DNA from: Lachnospiraceae bacterium
GTDB taxonomy: Bacteria > Bacillota > Clostridia > Lachnospirales > Lachnospiraceae
DNA: 64,000 nt
Assembly: GCA_045597325.1 (NCBI GenBank)
Contig: JAZLJJ010000011.1
Location: 14,426-78,425 of the forward strand
Reading direction: 5' to 3'
Part shown: positions 48,098 through 58,613 of the stretch, piece by piece
Position numbering within the stretch: position 1 is the stretch's first letter
How the letters are laid out: each line of letters opens with the position of its first letter
The notes under the pieces: generated by a model
Databases searched by the model: none
Seen by the model: only the letters and a program-made list of their open reading frames with translations
What the model was told of the DNA's origin: nothing
Program-made: the position numbers and the translations under genes

Positions 48098-48276
48098 ATC
48101 TCACAGGAAAGTTCGTCCTGTGAGATAAAAAACGCTCCGCGAGAATGCACACGCCTGTGCAGAGGAAAGATGTCGCTTCGCGACGCACAGGCGGCGCGAG
48201 CATATCGCAAGCGATATGCTTTGTTCTCTCACAGGAAAGTTCGTCCTGTGAGAAAAAAACGCTCCGCGAGGATGCA
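48098..48276 (+). repeat. structured ~130-nt intergenic element, copy 6, plus a second hairpin unit; both hairpins carry compensatory changes
   Basis: CTCACAGGAAAGTTCGTCCTGTGAG (twice) where the other copies have CTCATAGGAAAGTTCGTCCTATGAG. Confidence 0.95.
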
Positions 48277-48396
48277 GACTCATTTTCAAACAGGCTCGAA
48301 ACCGGCTGCGCAGAAGGCAGAAATGCAGTGTCCGGCGCAGGGATGAATGCCGCTGTTGTGTACTTTGACGAAAAGAAGGTTATTTCGGTTATTTGA

Positions 48397-48425
48397 TTGA
48401 CATTTGACATACTCATTGTTAGAAT
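48397..48425 (+). promoter_or_regulatory. sigma-A type promoter of trpS
   Basis: TTGACA (48397-48402), 17 nt, TAGAAT (48420-48425). It lies about 40 nt upstream of the ATG. Confidence 0.65.
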
Positions 48426-48438
48426 TATACTTTGGTAA

Positions 48439-49551
<1,113 letters not shown>

Positions 49552-49563
49552 TGGGAGGTTCCC

Positions 49564-50826
49564 GTGGTCTACGATAACAATTATTTTCAAAATAATGAAA
49601 TCAGTGTCAACAATCTGCTGATTCGCTGCGCATTTGTGTTAGTGTTTGTCGGACCGGCAGTGGCTTTAATGAAACTGGTCGGACTGACGAACAATTTTAC
49701 GTACAAGGAATGTCTGGCGCTGTTTCTGATTGCGTTTGCGGTGTACGGAATTTGCGTATATCTTCAAAAGTCGATGAGAATGCAGTTCTTAATCAAGTAT
49801 TTCCTCCTGCTCGGAATGCACGCCGGGATTTGCTATATGGCGACCAAGCCGGGAATCCTGATTTATATTTGCTATGCATTGATGCCGGCATTGTCCTGCT
49901 TATATCTGAAACGGCATTTTACATTGAAAATCGTGACCATCAGTTATGCTATCATGCTGTTTTCCCTGTATTTCCGTACGGAACTGGAAATCGGCATGGA
50001 AACCGAGAACATGACCATCTTTGATCGGTTCGGCGTGTTCGGATTTGTAATGACATGGGAATATGCCATGCTGATTATTGTGTTATATATTCTGGTTGGA
50101 AAGATTGAAACCAGTATTGCCACACTCAATAAGAACAACGGCCAGATGAGGGATATTCAGACACAGCTTGTGTCCGGTTTCGCGAATTTCCTGGAGTCCC
50201 GCGATTCGTCTACGGGACATCATGTTCGCAGAACGCAGGCCTATGTTCGAATGATTGCCATCGGCATGTACAACCAGGGATATTATCAGGCGGATCTGTC
50301 AGCCCGTTCCATTGCCAATCTGGAAACGGCGGCACCGCTTCATGACGTCGGGAAAATTGCCATCCCGGATGCGATTTTGCTGAAGGAAGGCGGCCTGACC
50401 GACGAAGAATATAAGAAAATTCAAAATCATACCTGCGAAGGGTATCGGCTTGTAACGGAAAATCTGTCGGAGCTGACGGACAAACGGCTTCTGAAATGCA
50501 TTCAGGAAATTACGCTGAGTCATCATGAGAGATGGGACGGCGGCGGTTATCCGAATCATTTGAAAGGAACCAGCATCCCGTTGTCGGCGCGAATCATGGC
50601 GATTGCGGATGCACTCGACGCGATGTTGTCAGAACGAGTCTACAAGCGTAGTATGGATTTGGATGAAGTGCTGTTGGAGCTGTCCCTCGAGAGCGGAAAG
50701 CATTTTGAACCGTGTATCGTCGATACGGTTATCAGGATTCGTGCGGAGATTGAGGAGTTCCTGAGAGAAGAAGCCAACAGGATGGAAGAAGAGCAGAGAG
50801 AACAGAAAAAACAAAACAATATTTAA
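49564..50826 (+). CDS. membrane-bound HD-GYP domain protein (c-di-GMP phosphodiesterase type)
   Basis: N-terminal polytopic region, HHVRRTQ, LHDVGKIAIPD, HHERWDGGGYP. GTG start with a GGGAGG RBS. Confidence 0.85.
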   Translation: MVYDNNYFQNNEISVNNLLIRCAFVLVFVGPAVALMKLVGLTNNFTYKECLALFLIAFAVYGICVYLQKSMRMQFLIKYFLLLGMHAGICYMATKPGILIYICYALMPALSCLYLKRHFTLKIVTISYAIMLFSLYFRTELEIGMETENMTIFDRFGVFGFVMTWEYAMLIIVLYILVGKIETSIATLNKNNGQMRDIQTQLVSGFANFLESRDSSTGHHVRRTQAYVRMIAIGMYNQGYYQADLSARSIANLETAAPLHDVGKIAIPDAILLKEGGLTDEEYKKIQNHTCEGYRLVTENLSELTDKRLLKCIQEITLSHHERWDGGGYPNHLKGTSIPLSARIMAIADALDAMLSERVYKRSMDLDEVLLELSLESGKHFEPCIVDTVIRIRAEIEEFLREEANRMEEEQREQKKQNNI

Positions 50827-50850
50827 CAGAATACCGGAAAGGCAAATTCA

Positions 50851-52335
50851 ATGAAACGTATCGGTTTTGACAACGAAAAATACGTAGAAATGCAATCGGC
50901 ACATATTAAGGAACGGATTGCAAAATTCGGCGGAAAGCTGTATTTGGAATTCGGCGGCAAGCTGTTTGATGATTTTCACGCATCCAGAGTGCTCCCGGGT
51001 TTTCAGCCGGACTCTAAAATTCGGATGCTGGCTCAGCTGAAGGATGACGCCGAGATTGTAATTACCATCAAGGCGGGAGATATTATTGAAAATAAAGTCC
51101 GTGCGGATTTGAGTATTACCTATGATCTCGATGTGCTTCGACTGATTGACGCATTTCGCGGATACGGACTGTATGTCGGGAGCGTGGTTCTGACCCAGTT
51201 CGTGGAGCAGAGCGCGGTGCTGGCATATCAGAAGAAACTGGAAAGCCTTGGCCTGAAGGTATACCGTCATTACAAAATCGAAGGATATCCTTCCAACGTA
51301 TCCAAGATTGTAAGTGACGAAGGACTCGGTGCCAATCAGTATATTGAAACGACCAGACCGCTCGTTGTCATTACGGCTCCCGGACCCGGAAGCGGCAAGA
51401 TGGCAACCTGCCTGTCTCAGCTGTATCACGAGCACAAGCGCGGAATTCAGGCCGGTTATGCTAAATTTGAGACGTTCCCGATTTGGAATCTGCCGCTGAA
51501 TCATCCCGTGAATCTGGCATATGAAGCAGCAACCGCAGATTTAAATGATGTGAATATGATTGATCCGTTCCACATGGAAGCATACCATGAAGCAACGGTG
51601 AATTATAACCGTGATGTGGAGATTTTCCCGGTATTGAAAGCAATGTTTGAGAAAATATACGGGACATCACCGTACCAGTCCCCGACCGATATGGGTGTCA
51701 ATATGGCAGGGAACTGTATTATTGATGATGAGGGTGTCAGTGCGGCAGCCAAGGAAGAAATCATTCGACGGTATTTCGCTGTTTTGTGCGACCGCAGAAA
51801 GGCACGCGCCAAGGAAGAAGCGCAGTATAAGCTGGAACTGTTGATGGAAAAGGTCGGCATTTCCACGGAGGACCGTCGTGTTGTGGCAGCAGCACTGGAA
51901 AAATCCGAAAATACCGGAAAAGCGCCTGCTGTGGCTATCGAACTGAATGACGGCCGAATTGTGACGGGAAAGACGTCTCCGTTGCTGGGAGCTTCTTCGG
52001 CAGCTCTTCTGAATGCACTGAAGACCCTGGCCGGAATTGATGATTCCGTGAATTTACTGTCCCCGAATCTGATTGAACCGATACAGGATTTGAAGGTCAA
52101 TCATTTGGGAAATCATAATCCGAGACTGCATACCGACGAGGTGCTGATTGCCCTGTCCATCTGTGCCGCAACCGATGACAAAGCGGAACAGGCGATGCAG
52201 CAGTTAATCAATCTGAACAGTTGTGAGGTTCACAGTACGGTCATTTTGTCGGCAGTGGATGAGGGTGTCTTCCGTAAGCTCGGAATGCATTTGACCAGCG
52301 AGCCGATTTACGAAACCAAAAAGTTATATCACTGA
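50851..52335 (+). CDS. DUF1846/UPF0371 family protein
   Basis: 494 aa. The N-terminus GFDNEKY...[18 protein letters not shown] is typical of UPF0371 (recall). Confidence 0.7.
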   Translation: MKRIGFDNEKYVEMQSAHIKERIAKFGGKLYLEFGGKLFDDFHASRVLPGFQPDSKIRMLAQLKDDAEIVITIKAGDIIENKVRADLSITYDLDVLRLIDAFRGYGLYVGSVVLTQFVEQSAVLAYQKKLESLGLKVYRHYKIEGYPSNVSKIVSDEGLGANQYIETTRPLVVITAPGPGSGKMATCLSQLYHEHKRGIQAGYAKFETFPIWNLPLNHPVNLAYEAATADLNDVNMIDPFHMEAYHEATVNYNRDVEIFPVLKAMFEKIYGTSPYQSPTDMGVNMAGNCIIDDEGVSAAAKEEIIRRYFAVLCDRRKARAKEEAQYKLELLMEKVGISTEDRRVVAAALEKSENTGKAPAVAIELNDGRIVTGKTSPLLGASSAALLNALKTLAGIDDSVNLLSPNLIEPIQDLKVNHLGNHNPRLHTDEVLIALSICAATDDKAEQAMQQLINLNSCEVHSTVILSAVDEGVFRKLGMHLTSEPIYETKKLYH

Positions 52336-52362
52336 GAAGTGACGCAGAAAAGAGGAATATTT

Positions 52363-53373
52363 ATGAGCAGTTGTTTTGTTCCCGAAGGCTATAAGGCCGT
52401 ATTGGGAAATCGGGAAACACAGATCGCAATTAAGAAGGTAAAGGATTATTTTCAGAGAGAACTGGCAACGCAGCTGAATCTGCATCGTGTGACGGCACCG
52501 TTGTTTGTAACACCGGAGTCCGGTCTGAACGATAACCTGAACGGTGTAGAGCGTCCGGTTGTGTTCGGAATTCGTGAAAATGATGATCACCCCGTGGAAA
52601 TCGTGCATTCTCTTGCAAAATGGAAGCGTATGGCACTGGCCAAATACGGATTCCGCGTAGGCGAAGGTCTGTATACGGATATGAATGCCATTCGCCGGGA
52701 TGAGGATACCGACAATATTCACTCCATTTTCGTGGATCAGTGGGACTGGGAAAAGGTGATTACCCGGGAGCAGAGAACGGAAGAGTATCTGAAAAAGACG
52801 GTGAAGGGTGTGTATGAAGCACTTCGCGTCACCGAAAAATATATTGCCAACCAGTATGATTATGTTGAGTGCATTTTGCCCGAGGAGATTACGTTTATTA
52901 CGTCGCAGGAACTGCTGGACCGCTATCCGGACAAGACCGCAAAGGAACGTGAATATGCGGCCGCAAAGGAATACGGAGCGGTTTTCATTATGAAAATCGG
53001 CGATTTGCTCAGCAACGGAGAACGCCATGACGGACGCGCACCGGACTATGATGACTGGCAGTTGAACGGAGATATCATGGTATATTATCCCGTCAATGAT
53101 ATTGCATTGGAATTGTCCTCCATGGGAATCCGCGTCGATGAAGAAGCGCTGCTGAGCCAGCTGGAAAAAGCCGGCTGCCCGGAACGGAAGGAAATGGAAT
53201 TCCAGAAGGCTTTGCTGGAGGGCAAACTGCCGTACACGGTCGGCGGCGGAATCGGACAGTCCCGAATCTGTATGTTCTTCCTGCGGAAGACGCATATCGG
53301 AGAAGTACAGGTTTCGGTATGGCCCGCAGCGGATGTCGAATATGCCCGCGCGCATGGTGTGGAGCTGTTATAA
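52363..53373 (+). CDS. asnA: aspartate--ammonia ligase
   Basis: RRDEDTDNIHSIFVDQWDWE and GGGIGQSRICMFFL. Confidence 0.92.
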   Translation: MSSCFVPEGYKAVLGNRETQIAIKKVKDYFQRELATQLNLHRVTAPLFVTPESGLNDNLNGVERPVVFGIRENDDHPVEIVHSLAKWKRMALAKYGFRVGEGLYTDMNAIRRDEDTDNIHSIFVDQWDWEKVITREQRTEEYLKKTVKGVYEALRVTEKYIANQYDYVECILPEEITFITSQELLDRYPDKTAKEREYAAAKEYGAVFIMKIGDLLSNGERHDGRAPDYDDWQLNGDIMVYYPVNDIALELSSMGIRVDEEALLSQLEKAGCPERKEMEFQKALLEGKLPYTVGGGIGQSRICMFFLRKTHIGEVQVSVWPAADVEYARAHGVELL

Positions 53374-53510
53374 TCGGTCCGGCGGACGTGCCAGATACCG
53401 AAACGGAAAATATGCCCGCGCGCATGGCGTGGAGCTGTTATAATCGGTCCGGCGGACGTGCCAGATACCGAAACGGAATATGCCCGCGCACATGGCGTGG
53501 AGCGGATATA
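53338..53510. repeat. tandem repeat, 68-70 bp x 2.5, re-iterating the last 11 codons, the stop and the 3' flank of asnA
   Basis: TATGCCCGCGCGCATGG(T/C)GTGGAGCTGTTATAATCGGTCCGGCGGACGTGCCAGATACCGAAACGGAA at 53341 and 53411, with a third partial unit from 53479. Confidence 0.95.
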
Positions 53511-53522
53511 GGAAAACAACGG

Positions 53523-53545
53523 GAGGCTGCTTCGGCAGCCTCTTT
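53523..53545 (+). terminator. rho-independent terminator after the asnA repeat array
   Basis: GAGGCTGC-TTCG-GCAGCCTC-TTT. Confidence 0.75.
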
Positions 53546-53568
53546 ATGGTGAAAATGGTGCAAACAAT

Positions 53569-54294
53569 ATGAAACGGGAAAGTCAGCAGAGCGAATGGAA
53601 GGACGGACTGAAAAGCGGTATCCCGATTGCGTTGGGATATTTTTTTGTGTCCTTTGCATTTGGAATTATGGGGTCGGCATCCGGCCTGCAATGGTGGGAA
53701 TCGGTTTTGATTTCCATGACAAATATGACAAGTGCCGGTCAGTTTGCCGGAGTGAAAATAATCGAACAGGGAGGTTCCGCGGCGGTGCTGGCACTGTCCC
53801 AGCTGGTGATTAATCTGAGATACTCGCTGATGGGAATTTCTCTGGCGCAGAATACGGAAGAATCGTTTTCCGGATGGAAGAGAGCACTGCTCGGATTTTG
53901 AATTACCGATGAAATATACGGCGTTTCCGTCAATCGGAAAAAGCCGGTGAGTGCAATTTATTTTCTTGGACTGGCATTCCTTCCGTGGCTTGGCTGGTCA
54001 CTCGGAACCCTTGCGGGAGCGCTGTTCGGCGATGTTATGCCGGATGCCGTGACAAAGGTGATGGGACTTGCGTTGTACGGAATGTTTATCGCGATTGTGG
54101 TTCCGGAAGTGAAACAGGATCGGAAGGTACTGATTGTAGCCGCGATTTCCGCCGCAATCAGTTGCCTGATTGCTTTCGTGCCGGTATTCCGGGCAATTTC
54201 CGCGGGAACATCGGTTATCCTTTGCGCGGTTACGGCATCGCTTCTCGGAGCATGGCTGTTTCCGCTGCCGGAGGAGAACGGAGGTGACGTATGA
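53569..54294 (+). pseudogene. azlC: azlC (branched-chain amino acid permease subunit) interrupted by one in-frame TGA at 53899-53901
   Basis: ORFs 53569..53901 and 53947..54294 are in the same frame. The read-through translation ...ALLGF*ITDEIYGVSVN... spans the conserved AzlC TDE region. Confidence 0.75.
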
Positions 54295-54599
54295 AAGAGT
54301 TCTTTTGGTACGTCGGAATCATGATGGGTGTGACCTATCTGATTCGTGCCGTTCCGTTTACTCTGTTTCGCCGAAAGGTTCAGAACCGGTTTTTCCGCTC
54401 GTTTCTTCGGTATGTTCCTTATACGGTACTGACCGCAATGACCGTTCCGGCCATGTTTTTCGAAACCTCATTTCCGGTTGCCGCCATCGGATTTTTGACG
54501 GCGGTATTCCTGGCGTATCGGGGAAAAGGACTTGTGACGGTGGCTCTTGCAGCCTGCTCGTCCGGTTTACTGATAATGTTAATGCAGCACTTCCTGTAA
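54291..54599 (+). CDS. azlD: AzlD-family branched-chain amino acid transport protein
   Basis: 102 aa, 3-4 TM helices. It overlaps the azlC stop by 4 nt. Confidence 0.8.
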   Translation: MKEFFWYVGIMMGVTYLIRAVPFTLFRRKVQNRFFRSFLRYVPYTVLTAMTVPAMFFETSFPVAAIGFLTAVFLAYRGKGLVTVALAACSSGLLIMLMQHFL

Positions 54600-54620
54600 C
54601 GGAAATGCTGCATTTTTTTA
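54583..54620 (+). terminator. rho-independent terminator overlapping the azlD 3' end
   Basis: ATGCAGCA...TGCTGCAT followed by T7. Confidence 0.75.
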
Positions 54621-54715
54621 GTAAGTTAAGTTGTTGTTGTCGTGACCGAAAAGCCGGCTCGGCGTTTCCTGTGAAAAGCGAGCCGAACAGCCTGTCGTAC
54701 CGTATGCCGAACAGC

Positions 54716-56239
54716 TTACTGTACGCCTGTTAAAACGATGGTGGTGACGCTTTCACCGGGCATTTTCATACTGCCGTTTTCGTCCAGAGAGCCGCAGTCA
54801 CGGTACATCATATCGGCGGTGTAGCCGGCGGTAAAGACGGACTGGTAGGACTGACTTCCGGTGTAGGAGAAGTTGTCGGGCAGGCACTGGAATGTGACTT
54901 CCGAATCCGTATTGTTGAGCACGACGATGACCAGTGTCGAGCCGTCGGGGCTTCGGTAAGCACTGGTGCGGACCTTCATGTTTCCGGGCATGGACGCATC
55001 AACGCGGACATAACCGGGACGGATAAACTGTGAAAAATGTCTCATTGCGTAGTAATTTCCGGTTGCCAGAAATCCGTCCGCAGAGGGCCAGCGCTGAGCG
55101 GAATTGCCGGCAATAATGAGATTGCCGGAATACATTTCCTCGCCCTTCGGACTTTCGTTATTCCATACACCGCCCCAGAAAATATATGCGTTGACATTTT
55201 CGTAAACGAGGGAGTTGTTGATGACATTGGCGGTCTGCAGTGCCGTTCCGCGGTAAAACTCGGTTTGCCACTTCTTCAGGTTATTTTCCTTGGCGTAGGA
55301 ATCCACGTTCAAAAAATTAATCATGAAGGAGTCGGCATCGCAGCTGTTCGGATTGTCCGAGGACGTTCCGCCCACATACAAATGATGTGCCAGAGCATAA
55401 ATACTGTCCGGCTCTTCCTGAAGAATCTCTCTCGTGTACCGTTTGATGTCGCCGGGTTGAACGCTCATGGTCTCGGGCGCAATCATCAGCGGTGCGGAAT
55501 CCCCGAAAAGTTCCTTGTTAAGCCGGTAGGTTGCCAAAAATGCCAACGGATAGGAAGCGTATTTTTCGGTTTCGGTCGATTCCATTTCACAGCCGTCGTA
55601 GCTTGCCTGAAAATCACATTCGTTCTGGATACTGATGACATCGACGGGAATTCCGTGCTCCCGGTATGCGGTTACGGAGTCGGTCCACCATTTTGCAAAT
55701 TCGTCATACATATAGTTGCCGTCGTCGTCCTTTTTGATGGTACCGCCGCCGTTGATGTTGTGATTGCTCTTGAGATCCGCTTCGGGAGACCAGCTGGTGT
55801 AGAGCACGGTGACATTTTCGTTGCGCTCATTTGCACGCTTTTTGGCCTCTTCGTAATATTTGAAATTGGTTTTTGCGGAGTTCTCAAAACCGGAGTAGCC
55901 GTATTCATTTTTAAAGCGGAGAATGGTCAGACCGCCGTCTTTGAAGAGCATGTCGAGGGCCTTCTCCTTTTCGGGAGTCCGGAACAGATAGTCGGCGTAC
56001 CAGGTAAAGCCGGCACCGAAGCCGTCGATGGTCTGGTATGTTTTGGTGAAATCCGCCGAGAACTGCATTGCGTTGTCCAGTACCACGGGAGCGGCAGTGG
56101 GCGACGGTTCTGCGGTCGGGGAAACCGTCGGAACATCGGTCGGAGCCGTGCCGTTGCGGTCGGAAGAACCGCTGCAGGCACACAAACCGCACAGGCCGCA
56201 CAATAACAGTGCAAGAATCATATATTTTGTTCGTTTCAT
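54716..56239 (-). CDS. glycoside hydrolase family 30 lipoprotein
   Basis: Lipobox GLCACSG. IDGFGAGFTW, ISIQNECDF (acid/base Glu) and KKWQTEF (nucleophile Glu). Confidence 0.8.
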   Translation of the reverse strand: MKRTKYMILALLLCGLCGLCACSGSSDRNGTAPTDVPTVSPTAEPSPTAAPVVLDNAMQFSADFTKTYQTIDGFGAGFTWYADYLFRTPEKEKALDMLFKDGGLTILRFKNEYGYSGFENSAKTNFKYYEEAKKRANERNENVTVLYTSWSPEADLKSNHNINGGGTIKKDDDGNYMYDEFAKWWTDSVTAYREHGIPVDVISIQNECDFQASYDGCEMESTETEKYASYPLAFLATYRLNKELFGDSAPLMIAPETMSVQPGDIKRYTREILQEEPDSIYALAHHLYVGGTSSDNPNSCDADSFMINFLNVDSYAKENNLKKWQTEFYRGTALQTANVINNSLVYENVNAYIFWGGVWNNESPKGEEMYSGNLIIAGNSAQRWPSADGFLATGNYYAMRHFSQFIRPGYVRVDASMPGNMKVRTSAYRSPDGSTLVIVVLNNTDSEVTFQCLPDNFSYTGSQSYQSVFTAGYTADMMYRDCGSLDENGSMKMPGESVTTIVLTGVQ

Positions 56240-56619
56240 GGAATTCCTTTCTGATTCGGCGCAGGGCCGAATGCGAACAGCCTTTCGGAATCCCGGTTGG
56301 GATGCCGTTCCTCAAATTTTACTTGAAAATGATGCGCCCGTCAATCCAAAGCGGCTGAAAAATGAGAGAAATTACGCTTTCGCCGGTTCGCGGAAGGGAA
56401 ACCGGGGGACGTCACCCGGAATTGTAAGATGATATGTCAAAAAAAGTAAATTACACGTTATTTCACCGTAAAATACCGAGAAATGGCATAGCATTTTTAC
56501 AAATGTTGTGCTACAATGCGATTTAGGAATTTTTGCCCTTTAAGGGGTAGTTTGCCCTTTTTTTGAGGTGAAAAGGATTATTTTTTCAAAAGGATTATTT
56601 TTTCAGCAAGGAGAATGAT

Positions 56620-58320
56620 ATGAAGGGACCTGTAGCACCGAAGGATCCGACAAAGAAACGGCCGGGAATTTATTTTATGTTGGAGGACACGGTATATACC
56701 GCACATGAAATGAACGGGCGATATGCCGAGATGATTTTTCTGGAAAATCGTGTGGCCGGAAATCTGAAGCTGATTTGTCCCGAACTGCCGGATGATTTGG
56801 CCGGGAAACTTCAGAACAGTCAGGAATTCTTTCGGATTGTACACAGTATCGGGGTGATTGCAGAGACGGACGAAGAGGAAAACCGGGAAGCGGTGATTAC
56901 CTGCGCACTGCAGCATTACGGAAAAACCGACCGCTATCACAGCGGCACCATGATGGAAATGGAGGTTCTGTGCGACGGAGCGGAGAGAATCTTCCCGTTG
57001 ACGGAATTTGAGAATAAGGAAGACAATGATATTCTCGGAACGTTTTTCGTATTTTCCGAGAAACCGAATGTCAAAGTGAAGCTGACGATAAAATTGTATC
57101 TTCAGGACGGATATGAGGTACCGGAACCGGTGCTGGATCCGCCGGTGGCATTTAATTCGCCGGAATACCGGACGATGATTGAACGGTCGCTGTTTTCCAT
57201 GGGAAATACGCATCGTTTGCGCAAGGCAATGGAAAAGGCGGAACGCGGTGAGGATGTAACAATTGCTTTTATCGGCGGTTCGATTACACAGGGAGCGGGT
57301 GCCAAGCCGATTGAACGGGAAAGCTACTGCTACCGCGTGTACCGGCATTTTTGCGAAACGTACGCAACCTGCCCGGAGAAGGTTCATTTGATTAAAGCGG
57401 GTCTCGGCGGAACTCCGTCGGAACTCGGACTGGTTCGCTACGAGCACGATGTATTGCGTGACGGTACGGTGGAACCGGATATCGTTTTGATTGAGTTTGC
57501 GGTCAATGACGAAGGCGACGAGACCAAGGGAGTCTGCTTCGAAAGCCTGATTTCCAAGGCGTATAATCAGCCGAACATGCCGGCTGTACTGATTGTGTTC
57601 GCAGTATTCATGAATGACTGGAACCTTCAGGACCGTCTGGCTCCCATCGGATTTCACTATGCGATTCCGATGATCAGTGTCAAGGATGCGGTATCGCCGC
57701 AGTTCCCTGCCGGACCGGGACATGTCATTTCCAAACGGCAGTATTTCTATGATATTTATCATCCGACCAATGACGGCCACCATGTTATGGCGGACTGCAT
57801 TTGCAATCTGCTCGAGAAATCGCTGGCACACATTGACGAGGAGTTTGAATGGCCGGCGGAGCCCTGTATGGGACGTCCGTTCGACAAGTGCTTCAGCGTA
57901 ACCCGGAAGACGGCGGACCGGTTTGCCGATACGATGACGATTTCGGCCGGTTCCTTTACCGAAACGGATACCGCACTGCAGTATGCGGAGATGGATCTGG
58001 ATGCGAAGGGGACGCCGCAGTTCCCGGAGAACTGGATGCGTGTAACGGGCGATGAGCCGTTTGTCATCCGGACAACGTGCCGAAACCTGTTCCTGACTTA
58101 CAAGGATTCCGGAGATCCGAATTTCGGTACCGTGGATGTAACGGTGGACGGAACTTTTGTGCGGGACATCAATGCCCGGCTGATCGGATGGAATCACGTC
58201 AATACGTTCCTGATTATTAACGAGAAGGAAAATGCGGAGCACGAGGTGCGAATCTCGATGAAGCCCGGCGAAGAAGACAAGCAGTTTACGATTTTTGCGA
58301 TAACCGTTTCCAACGATTAA
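56620..58320 (+). CDS. SGNH/GDSL-family hydrolase with an uncharacterised N-terminal domain
   Basis: Block I IAFIGGSITQGAG, block III EFAVNDEG, block V DIYHPTNDGHHVMA. Confidence 0.8.
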   Translation: MKGPVAPKDPTKKRPGIYFMLEDTVYTAHEMNGRYAEMIFLENRVAGNLKLICPELPDDLAGKLQNSQEFFRIVHSIGVIAETDEEENREAVITCALQHYGKTDRYHSGTMMEMEVLCDGAERIFPLTEFENKEDNDILGTFFVFSEKPNVKVKLTIKLYLQDGYEVPEPVLDPPVAFNSPEYRTMIERSLFSMGNTHRLRKAMEKAERGEDVTIAFIGGSITQGAGAKPIERESYCYRVYRHFCETYATCPEKVHLIKAGLGGTPSELGLVRYEHDVLRDGTVEPDIVLIEFAVNDEGDETKGVCFESLISKAYNQPNMPAVLIVFAVFMNDWNLQDRLAPIGFHYAIPMISVKDAVSPQFPAGPGHVISKRQYFYDIYHPTNDGHHVMADCICNLLEKSLAHIDEEFEWPAEPCMGRPFDKCFSVTRKTADRFADTMTISAGSFTETDTALQYAEMDLDAKGTPQFPENWMRVTGDEPFVIRTTCRNLFLTYKDSGDPNFGTVDVTVDGTFVRDINARLIGWNHVNTFLIINEKENAEHEVRISMKPGEEDKQFTIFAITVSND

Positions 58321-58384
58321 GGAACACGGAAATCGAAAAGTATAAAATGAACCGGTGACGAAATGTCCGGTTTGAAAATCCATT

Positions 58385-58560
58385 ACGGGAGGTGAGTTTT
58401 GTGGAAGGTGACAGTGGAAGCGGCGCGAACCCTGCCGGGTATCACTCGTGCTGCTCAGACAACAGAAGACGACGCAAAGCTCAGATTCGGTGCGGGGGAC
58501 GGAGTACCCGATAGAATGATTCCTGCGGCTTTGCAAAAAGCGGCAATGAGACCTGTATGG
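58385..58560 (+). promoter_or_regulatory. possible M-box (Mg2+) riboswitch in the mgtE leader
   Basis: A ~290-nt untranslated leader. Segments GGGAGGTGAG, GTGCTGCTCAGACAACAGAAGACGACGC and ACAGCATTTTGCTAAAAG loosely resemble the conserved M-box blocks GGUGAGG, GCUGCUGCCC...AAAGACGC and ACAGUGCUAAAGC. No covariance search was run. Confidence 0.35.
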
Positions 58561-58613
58561 TTCCGTTTCTTCTAACAGCATTTTGCTAAAAGAATGAAAA
58601 CGGAGGATAAACC

